52,842 nucleotides of DNA, from contig JAIQBT010000064.1 in assembly GCA_020035195.1 (NCBI GenBank), positions 1 through 52,842 on the forward strand. Direction: 5' to 3'. Each line of letters starts with the position of its first letter. The stretch's first letter is position 1. Shown here one piece after another: positions 43,505 through 52,842 of this stretch. Made by a program: the position numbers and the translations under genes. This DNA is from Methylotenera sp. Its GTDB lineage: Bacteria > Pseudomonadota > Gammaproteobacteria > Burkholderiales > Methylophilaceae. The notes below the pieces were generated by a model. It was not told the DNA's origin. It ran no database searches and saw nothing but the letters and a program-made list of their open reading frames with translations.

Positions 43505-44517
43505 TAAAAGGTATAGCCCGCCTGCGGCACGACTTTATCCAACTGATTAAGCAGGCGCAGCATGGGTCTTAATTCAACGTAGCGCTCGCACACCTTGCGC
43601 AACTGGGTCATGACTAAAGGCTGGTCTTTTAGGTAGGCATGCTTACCATCCCTGTGGCTGAGTCTGGCAAATATACCCAACACTTTTATATGCCGCTGTG
43701 CCCCCATCCACTCAAAGTCACGGTAAAACTCGCTGAAATCATGCGGCACCGGCAGGCCGACTTTTTTAGCGGGCTGCCAATAACGCACCGCGCTGTCTAT
43801 CACCTGCTCTTCATCCCAACTGACATAAGCGTCCTTTAACAAGGACACCAAGTCGTAGGTGATGGGACCGTACACAGCATCCTGAAAATCCAGCACCCCG
43901 GGATTACTGTCTGCGGTGAGCATTAAATTCCGCGAGTGAAAATCCCTGTGCACATAGACCTTCGCTTGGCTTAAGACATTGCTATTTAAAACAGCAAAGG
44001 TGTTATTTAACACGGCTTGCTGCTCTGCCGTTAAGCTCAGATTAAGTTGCTTGGCCACGTACCAATCCGGGAACAACTGCATTTCACGGCTCAGCAAAGC
44101 CTCATCGTAATCAGGCAAGGCATCGGGTTTGCTGGCTAACTGCAATTTGATCAAACTGTCGGTGGCGGCTTGATAAAGCGGCGCGACGGTTTGTGCATTT
44201 AATTTCGACAAATAGGTATCGTCACCCAAATCGCTTAACAATAAAAACCCCAGCTTTAAATCTTGCGCTAGCACTTGCGGGACATTGAGCCCAGCCTCTA
44301 GAAAAAGTTGAGCGATGCGAACAAACGGGCCACAGTCTTCCTGAGGTGGGGGTGCATCCATGGCAATTAAGCTGGTATGGCCCAAATACGCTTGTGCTAA
44401 ATGCACTCTGAAATAGCGCCTAAAACTGGCATCCGCCGATGCAGTAGTGAGGGTAAAGTTGGTCGATGGCAAGACCGTATTAAGCCATATAGTGAGCTGT
44501 TGCTGTCTGTCGTCCAC
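43504..44517 (-). CDS. amgK: anomeric MurNAc/GlcNAc kinase
   Basis: ASADASFRRYFR, MDAPP, VHRDFHSRNLM, DFQDA..GP..YDLVSLL, RDGK. Confidence 0.92.
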   Translation of the reverse strand: MDDRQQQLTIWLNTVLPSTNFTLTTASADASFRRYFRVHLAQAYLGHTSLIAMDAPPPQEDCGPFVRIAQLFLEAGLNVPQVLAQDLKLGFLLLSDLGDDTYLSKLNAQTVAPLYQAATDSLIKLQLASKPDALPDYDEALLSREMQLFPDWYVAKQLNLSLTAEQQAVLNNTFAVLNSNVLSQAKVYVHRDFHSRNLMLTADSNPGVLDFQDAVYGPITYDLVSLLKDAYVSWDEEQVIDSAVRYWQPAKKVGLPVPHDFSEFYRDFEWMGAQRHIKVLGIFARLSHRDGKHAYLKDQPLVMTQLRKVCERYVELRPMLRLLNQLDKVVPQAGYTF

Positions 44518-44757
44518 GGGGGCTTATCCAATGTTATATAATGTGGTTATGTCTGCGCTAGGCGATAAAAATCGCGTACGCAAGTAAGGCGTTTGGCCAA
44601 GCTTAAAAGCCATTTACTGATTGCCAAAAAGTCCTATTTGTGAGATTTTAGCATCGATAAACTCATCCTTAAAATAAAACCGTAGCCAACCACCCGTGCC
44701 CACCCGTTCACCTTGTTACCTAAGCAGCGCCAGCTTGATTAAGCATGGGGAAGCCGC

Positions 44758-47085
44758 ATGTTGAGCAGCCGTTTTTCAAGCAGCATGCTGGCGGCTTTTT
44801 TTTGCTACGCCTTGCCATGTTATGCCGACAGCCCAACAGTGACCGATGACAGCGTATTGATAGACGGCGACAAATTGGAGCTGCACATGGACCGCAAAAT
44901 GCGCGCCATTGGTCACGCTTCCATGCGCCGCGGCAAGCAAAGCGTGTCCGGTGACAGTATAGATTACGATCTGCAAAATGATGAATTGCACGTCACCGGC
45001 AATGTGCAAATTACCTTGGACAACGCGCAAATCAAAGGCTCAGAATTGCGCTTGCAACTGTCAGCGCAACTGGGTGAATTTAAAAATGCCAGTTTTAAAA
45101 TACTGCAAGAGGCTAAAACGCGGCCAAGCCCTATTAGCCCACCGCGCATCGAGGACAACAAAAAAAGTACGCTGGACTACCCGACCAAACCCTTAAGCAG
45201 TTCAGCCAGCGATGTGCTCGGCTCCTTATACTTAAGCACCACCTTTAGCGCAAAAAAACTCACCTCTCAAGGCCGCGGCGATGCCAAAAGCGTGCTGTTT
45301 GAAGGGCAAGATGTCAAACGCTTTAAACAGGCACGCTACACCACTTGCGCCCCTGGGGTAGACGATTGGTACATCACCGCCGACGAATTGAAACTAAACA
45401 ACTACAGCGAATCCGGCAGTGCCAAAAACGCCTATTTGGAGGTCAAGGGCATGCCAGTGCTGTACACGCCATGGCTCAATTTTTCTTACAACGACCAACG
45501 TAAAAGCGGTTTGCTGGCCCCCACCTACGGCACCACCTCGAACAGCGGCGTGGAAGTGGCTGTGCCTTACTATTGGAACATTTCACCCAATAAAGACGCC
45601 ACCATCACCAGTCGTGTGTTAAGTCGACGCGGCCTGCAATTGCAAGCTGAGTTTCGTTACCTAGAGGATAATTTTTTTGGTATAGACAATTTAGAATACT
45701 TACCCGACGACAATCAAAATGGTAAAAACCGCTATTACGCCAACTTAAAGCACCAGCATCAATTTGATCAAGGCTGGTCGGCTGGCTACAGTGTGGAAAA
45801 AGTATCGGATGATCAATACTTTGCGGACTTATCCACGCTCATTACCAGCACCAGCCGGGTTAATTTGCCGCAGCAATTCAATCTGGATTACAGCGATGAT
45901 ACCTGGCGCTTTAATGCCTTGGCGCAACAATTTCAAACCCTAGACCAAACGTCCTACCCTTACCAGCGTCTGCCACAACTGTCCTTGATAGGTGAAAAAT
46001 TTTACGGCAAGGTCTACGGCCAGATGTACAGTGAGCTGGTGTCTTTTGATCAAAACCACCGTGCGCCCATCGCGGCGACCGGCACCCGAGCCACACTTTA
46101 CCCTAGCATTAGCCTACCCATGAGCCAGGCATACGGCTACCTTACCCCAAAATTAGGCCTGCATCACACCAGCTACAGCCTAGATAATGACCCCAACAGC
46201 CACAACAGCTATCACCGGACCTTAGCCATTAGCAGCCTAGACGGCGGCTTGTTTTTTGATAGGGATTTTAAAATCACCGATCGGGCTTACACGCAAACCA
46301 TAGAACCCAGGTTGTTTTACTTGTATATCCCTAACGTCAATCAGGCGGATATGCCAGTATTTGACACCAGTCAGTCGGACTTGAATTTTAGTAGTTTATT
46401 TGGCGAGAATCAGTTTAACGGAAACGACAGAATCAACAACGCCAACCAGCTCAGCCTGTCATTGACTGCCCGCTTGATTGAAACAGACAGTGGTACACAA
46501 CGCCTGTCTGCCACGCTAGGCCAACGCTATTACTTTAACGATCAAAAAGTCGCCCTCGATTACAGCGACAGAAGTGCTTACAGAAGCAGCAACAGCTCAG
46601 ACATTTTGGCCGGGCTCAGCACCAACCTTAAAACCCACTGGAACGTCAATGCGTTTTGGCAGTACAACACCGACAAAGACAACTTCGTCAGTACCACGCT
46701 TACCAGTCGCTACACCCCAGAACCAGGCAAAGCCTTGAACCTCAGTTACAGTTACCGGCAAGACTCGATAGAGCAAGTGGATTTATCTGGGCAATGGCCG
46801 CTGGGCAGGGGCTGGTACGGCATCGCGCGCGTCAATTATTCGCTATTAGACAAGCAGGTCGTCGAAACGCTAGCTGGATTAGAGTATGATGCTGGTTGCT
46901 GGCAAACGCGAACGGTAATGCATAAAATAAGCACCGCGACTTCGGGCGATGTCTATGCCTTATTTTTCCAAGTGGAATTGGGTGGCATAGCGTCCATAGG
47001 CATCAACCCCATGGAAGTGATCGAACGCAGCATACCAGGCTATATGCACTCAGGGCGCATCCCTGAAACTTACAAACAACCTTAA
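44758..47085 (+). CDS. lptD: LPS assembly outer-membrane protein
   Basis: YTTC, RKSGLLAP, PYYWNISPN.D, EPRLFYLY, DRINNANQ, EYDAGCW; lptD-surA-pdxA-rsmA operon. Confidence 0.94.
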   Translation: MLSSRFSSSMLAAFFCYALPCYADSPTVTDDSVLIDGDKLELHMDRKMRAIGHASMRRGKQSVSGDSIDYDLQNDELHVTGNVQITLDNAQIKGSELRLQLSAQLGEFKNASFKILQEAKTRPSPISPPRIEDNKKSTLDYPTKPLSSSASDVLGSLYLSTTFSAKKLTSQGRGDAKSVLFEGQDVKRFKQARYTTCAPGVDDWYITADELKLNNYSESGSAKNAYLEVKGMPVLYTPWLNFSYNDQRKSGLLAPTYGTTSNSGVEVAVPYYWNISPNKDATITSRVLSRRGLQLQAEFRYLEDNFFGIDNLEYLPDDNQNGKNRYYANLKHQHQFDQGWSAGYSVEKVSDDQYFADLSTLITSTSRVNLPQQFNLDYSDDTWRFNALAQQFQTLDQTSYPYQRLPQLSLIGEKFYGKVYGQMYSELVSFDQNHRAPIAATGTRATLYPSISLPMSQAYGYLTPKLGLHHTSYSLDNDPNSHNSYHRTLAISSLDGGLFFDRDFKITDRAYTQTIEPRLFYLYIPNVNQADMPVFDTSQSDLNFSSLFGENQFNGNDRINNANQLSLSLTARLIETDSGTQRLSATLGQRYYFNDQKVALDYSDRSAYRSSNSSDILAGLSTNLKTHWNVNAFWQYNTDKDNFVSTTLTSRYTPEPGKALNLSYSYRQDSIEQVDLSGQWPLGRGWYGIARVNYSLLDKQVVETLAGLEYDAGCWQTRTVMHKISTATSGDVYALFFQVELGGIASIGINPMEVIERSIPGYMHSGRIPETYKQP

Positions 47086-47090
47086 CACGA

Positions 47091-48416
47091 GTGATTATTT
47101 TGCGCATTTCTACTAAATATTTTATTAAATTCATGGCCTTGTTGGCTGGGCTGGGTTTGGCTTACCAATTTAATGCACAAGCCGCCGACGTGATCAAAAT
47201 GGATCGCATAGTAGCCATCGTCGACCAAACCGTGGTCACCGAACAAGAACTGGAAAGCCGCATTGCTACGGTGACGGCACAATTTAAAAAACAAGGCACA
47301 GAATTGCCGGCAGAGGCCATACTGCGCAAACAAATTTTAGAACGGCTTATTACCGACACCTTGCAACTGCAATACGCCGCACAAACCGGGCTTAAAGTGG
47401 ACGACAATCAACTGGATAAAACCATAGGTCGAATTGCCGAACAAAACCAATTAAGCCTAGCAGAATTTACCGAAGCCTTGGCTAAAGACGGCGTCAGCAT
47501 GACGAAATTCAGGTCGGACATACGCAGTGAAATTACCCTGGCACGCTTGCGTGAACGGGAAGTGGATGGCCGCGTCAATGTCAGTGAGTCGGAAATCGAC
47601 AATTTTTTAACTAGCCAAGCGGCTAACAATGAAAATCAAGATGAGTACGAAATCGCCCACTTGCTGATACGCACCCCGGAAGAAGGTGCCACGGAAGACA
47701 TTCAAAAAGCCAAAGTTAAAGTAGACAAGGCGCTCAGCGACCTTAAGGCCGGCGTCAGTTTTGCCAAAGTATCCGCCAGCTACTCTGATGCGCCCAACGC
47801 CTTAGAAGGTGGTAGCTTGGGCTGGAAAAGTGGCACACAAATGCCCGCCTTGTTTCTGGACGCGCTAAAAACCATGCAAATTGGTGAGCTGTCTGCCCCG
47901 CTTCGCAGCCCCAATGGCTTTCATGTCTTAAAATTAAACAACAAACGCGGTGGCAATTCCCCCTTAGTCATACAGCAAACCCATGCCCGCCATATCTTAA
48001 TTAAGCTGTCAGAAATCATGTCAGAAAAAGACGGCAAGCTAAAAATAGACGGCCTTAAAGAACGCTTGGATAACGGTGAAAAGTTTGAATCACTGGCCAG
48101 GCAATTTTCGGAAGACAGCACCGCCTCCAGCGGCGGTGATTTAAATTGGGTCAACCCGGGTGATACCGTTCCTCAATTTGAAAAAGCCATGAACGAGCTT
48201 AAAGAGCAGCAAATCAGTGCGCCGGTGCGCACGCAATTTGGTTGGCACCTCATACAAGTGATAGAGCGCCGCAGCCAAGACATGAGTAAAGAAGCGGCCA
48301 GACTAAAAGCACGGCAAGAAATTCGCGCCAAAAAAGCCGACGAAGCGTACCAAGATTGGATACGTGAGTTACGCGACCGCGCTTACGTGGAAATTCGGCT
48401 TGAAGATAAGTTTTAA
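47091..48416 (+). CDS. surA: periplasmic chaperone/PPIase SurA
   Basis: DRIVAIVD, two parvulin domains (GGSLGW, HARHILIK, GGDLNW, FGWHLI); start may be ATG 47133. Confidence 0.94.
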   Translation: MIILRISTKYFIKFMALLAGLGLAYQFNAQAADVIKMDRIVAIVDQTVVTEQELESRIATVTAQFKKQGTELPAEAILRKQILERLITDTLQLQYAAQTGLKVDDNQLDKTIGRIAEQNQLSLAEFTEALAKDGVSMTKFRSDIRSEITLARLREREVDGRVNVSESEIDNFLTSQAANNENQDEYEIAHLLIRTPEEGATEDIQKAKVKVDKALSDLKAGVSFAKVSASYSDAPNALEGGSLGWKSGTQMPALFLDALKTMQIGELSAPLRSPNGFHVLKLNNKRGGNSPLVIQQTHARHILIKLSEIMSEKDGKLKIDGLKERLDNGEKFESLARQFSEDSTASSGGDLNWVNPGDTVPQFEKAMNELKEQQISAPVRTQFGWHLIQVIERRSQDMSKEAARLKARQEIRAKKADEAYQDWIRELRDRAYVEIRLEDKF

Positions 48417-48464
48417 TTGCCAGCCACACACCAGCCCTCAGCTTAATAACATAGCAAGCATCGT

Positions 48465-49478
48465 GTGAGTAACTTCCTAGCAAAAATCATACTGAGTGCT
48501 GGCGAGCCTGCTGGCATAGGTCCGGATTTATGCGTCATGCTAGCCCAACATAAGCTAAATGCGGAGCTGGTAGTCATTGCCAATGCCGAGATGCTGGTCA
48601 CCCGCGCCACTTTACTCAAATTGGCTCTGCGCACGCAGGCGTATGACCCACTCAAACCTAGCAAGCACTTGGGCAACGGCAGCTTAACGGTGTGGGACCA
48701 AGCCCTAGCACAAACTGCCGTGCCTGGCGAGCTTAATGCCGGCAACAGCCAGGACGTGTTGAACAGCCTAAGCACGGCCACGCAAGCCTGCCTTAGCCAT
48801 GAATTTGATGCGCTGGTCACCGCCCCCGTGCATAAAGGCATCATCAATGCGGCCGGCATCGCATTTACCGGCCACACGGAATTTTTAGCCGAATTAAGCG
48901 GCACCCCACAAGTGGTCATGATGTTAGTCGGTGGCGGCATGCGCGTTGCCCTGGCAACTACGCACTTAGCCCTTAAGGACGTGCCGGCGGCCATTAGCCA
49001 AGCCGGACTTGAGACCAGCTTGCGCATCTTGCACCAAGACTTAATCACAAAGTTTGCCATCGCACAGCCTCGCATCTTAGTCGCCGGGCTTAACCCGCAC
49101 GCGGGCGAAGACGGCTACCTGGGCCGGGAAGAAATAGACACCATTAACCCGGTATTAGAAAAACTGCGTGCGCAGGGCATGCGCTTGATAGGCGCACTGC
49201 CAGCCGACACTTTGTTTTCGCCAGCCAATTTAAAATCGGCCGACGCCGTGTTGGCCATGTACCACGACCAAGGTCTGCCGGTGCTTAAATACGCCAGCTT
49301 TGGGACTGGCGTCAACGTGACGCTGGGCTTACCCATAGTGCGTACTTCGGTGGATCACGGCACGGCATTAAGCTTAGCTGGCACTGGCAAGATAGACTTA
49401 GGCAGCATGCTGGCCGCCATAGACCTGGCCATCGCGCTCGCTCAGGGACGCAGTAAACCCGGAGCCATCGGGCATTAG
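48465..49478 (+). CDS. pdxA: 4-hydroxythreonine-4-phosphate dehydrogenase
   Basis: GEPAGIGPD, FTGHTE, GLNPHAGE, MYHDQGL, RTSVDHGTA. Confidence 0.96.
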   Translation: MSNFLAKIILSAGEPAGIGPDLCVMLAQHKLNAELVVIANAEMLVTRATLLKLALRTQAYDPLKPSKHLGNGSLTVWDQALAQTAVPGELNAGNSQDVLNSLSTATQACLSHEFDALVTAPVHKGIINAAGIAFTGHTEFLAELSGTPQVVMMLVGGGMRVALATTHLALKDVPAAISQAGLETSLRILHQDLITKFAIAQPRILVAGLNPHAGEDGYLGREEIDTINPVLEKLRAQGMRLIGALPADTLFSPANLKSADAVLAMYHDQGLPVLKYASFGTGVNVTLGLPIVRTSVDHGTALSLAGTGKIDLGSMLAAIDLAIALAQGRSKPGAIGH

Positions 49479-49486
49479 GCTTTAGC

Positions 49487-50266
49487 ATGAAACACATCGC
49501 AAAAAAACGCTTTGGGCAAAACTTCCTCACCGACCGTGGCGTCATCAACAGCTTGGTAGAGGCCATTGCGCCGCAAGCTAACGATCTCATGGTGGAAATA
49601 GGGCCAGGGCTAGGCGCATTAACCAAGCCACTATTACTCGCCTTAAAGAAACTGCACGTGGTGGAAGTGGACCGCGACATCATTACTTGGATGAACACTG
49701 AGTACCTTAAACCGGCTTATGCCCAAGCCAGCATCAACATACACAATGCCGACGCCCTAAAATTCGACTTTACCAGTCTGGGTAAGGGCTTGCGTGTGAC
49801 TGGCAACTTGCCCTACAACATTTCCACGCCCATCTTATTTCATTTACTGGCCAATATTTCGCACATCACGGACATGCATTTTATGTTGCAAAAAGAGGTG
49901 GTGGAACGCATGGTGGCTCAACCATCCACCCCGGCCTACGGCAGGCTAAGCGTGATGCTGCAATACCACTTGCACATGGACTATTTAATCACCGTACCGC
50001 CAACGGCGTTCGAGCCTGCGCCTAAGGTGGAGTCGGCCTTTGTTCGCTGCGTGCCACACGCCACTGGCCCGTTTATCGCCAAGGACGAAGCTGTATTCGC
50101 CAAAGTCGTCTTGGCGGCTTTTTCCCAACGGCGCAAAACCTTGCGCAACACGCTTAAGGGCTTGCTAGCAGACGACGGGTTTGCGGCATTGCAGATAGAC
50201 TCACAACAGCGCGCAGAAAATTTAAGCGTGGCCGATTTTGTCGCCATAGCCAATTACCTGAGCTGA
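49487..50266 (+). CDS. rsmA: 16S rRNA m6,2A dimethyltransferase
   Basis: KKRFGQNFL, EIGPGLGALT, GNLPYNIST, MLQKEV, RRKTLRN. Confidence 0.97.
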   Translation: MKHIAKKRFGQNFLTDRGVINSLVEAIAPQANDLMVEIGPGLGALTKPLLLALKKLHVVEVDRDIITWMNTEYLKPAYAQASINIHNADALKFDFTSLGKGLRVTGNLPYNISTPILFHLLANISHITDMHFMLQKEVVERMVAQPSTPAYGRLSVMLQYHLHMDYLITVPPTAFEPAPKVESAFVRCVPHATGPFIAKDEAVFAKVVLAAFSQRRKTLRNTLKGLLADDGFAALQIDSQQRAENLSVADFVAIANYLS

Positions 50267-50323
50267 TATAATGGCCACAGCAATGACGACAGTGCAGCAA
50301 CCATTTTCAACCAACTTTTTTAG

Positions 50324-50986
<663 letters not shown>

Positions 50987-50992
50987 ACCCTA

Positions 50993-51019
50993 ATTGGGCC
51001 GGCCTAAAACCGGCCCAAT
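50993..51019 (+). terminator. GC-rich hairpin after adk
   Basis: ATTGGGCCGG-cctaaaa-CCGGCCCAAT, 10-bp stem, no clear U-tract. Confidence 0.5.
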
Positions 51020-51404
51020 GAATGCCATGCATAAACTAGCTGCATTACTTAGATCGGCCCTGCCGGCTACATTCTGGCTGGGGCTGGCACTGACCACTCT
51101 AGTGGGCTTGCTGCCTGGGTCATCCTTACCGCAGGCCTTGCTGTTTTGGGATAAAGCCCAACACGGCATCGCCTACAGCCTACTCGCCCTATGTGGCGGA
51201 CTGGCCTTTCCCCGCGCTCTAGCTAAACCGTGCTTAGCTTTAGTCCTACACGGAGCCTTGCTAGAGCTGTTGCAGAGCCTGTTTTGCCGTGGCCGTTACG
51301 GCGATGCTTATGATATTTTAGCCGATAGCCTAGGTGTTTTTATCGGCTTATTGCTCTATAAACTCATTGCATTCTGCCTCTTGTTAGGCCGACCTAAAGC
51401 CTAA
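51018..51404 (+). CDS. VanZ-like membrane protein
   Basis: WDKAQHGIAY, G..LELLQ...GRYGD..DILADSLG; four hydrophobic segments; start 51018 or 51027. Confidence 0.8.
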   Translation: MNAMHKLAALLRSALPATFWLGLALTTLVGLLPGSSLPQALLFWDKAQHGIAYSLLALCGGLAFPRALAKPCLALVLHGALLELLQSLFCRGRYGDAYDILADSLGVFIGLLLYKLIAFCLLLGRPKA

Positions 51405-51494
51405 ACAGCGCTACGATTATTCCTGCTAAAAATCGCATTATTGGACGGCCAAAGGTATAATCTAGCTATTCCATTAAATTCCAAAAAGTATTAA

Positions 51495-52842
<1,348 letters not shown>

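Noticed and set aside
44690-44707. Short direct repeat CCACCCGT x2 upstream of lptD
   Set aside because: Too short to distinguish from chance; no known motif.
51018-51404. vanZ as a glycopeptide-resistance determinant
   Set aside because: VanZ-like proteins are widespread in Gram-negatives, and no van cluster is present.

Overview
Gene-dense, roughly 50% GC stretch of core chromosome from a betaproteobacterium. It is most likely Methylophilaceae, inferred from gene order and an MxaE/MxaD-like pair. About 50 housekeeping genes cover LPS/outer-membrane biogenesis (kdsB, lpxK, msbA, lolCD, lptD, surA), riboflavin, pyrimidine, BCAA, isoprenoid, folate, ubiquinone, PLP and NAD synthesis, tRNA/rRNA modification, cell-wall recycling (amgK-murU), icd, adk and leuS. 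I found no rRNA, tRNA, CRISPR array, IS element, prophage or defence island, and no intact novel multi-gene system that I can support. The main hidden signal lies in the spacers the ORF track misses: apparent piecemeal deletion of the type IV pilus / DNA-uptake machinery at separate loci. The pieces are a 30-codon pilA stub fused to a terminator, the last 35 codons of pilC, a probable comEC scar and an empty pilT/pilU slot. There is also an internally deleted dynamin-like gene and a doubly frameshifted glutamine amidotransferase, consistent with ongoing genome streamlining. Other points of interest are an orphan mxaE-mxaD-like pair, a textbook class II FNR-type promoter on a DUF465 gene, an IspA with a changed chain-length residue, and an Icd with a hybrid NAD/NADP signature. 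All family assignments come from recognising motifs by eye; no database search was run.
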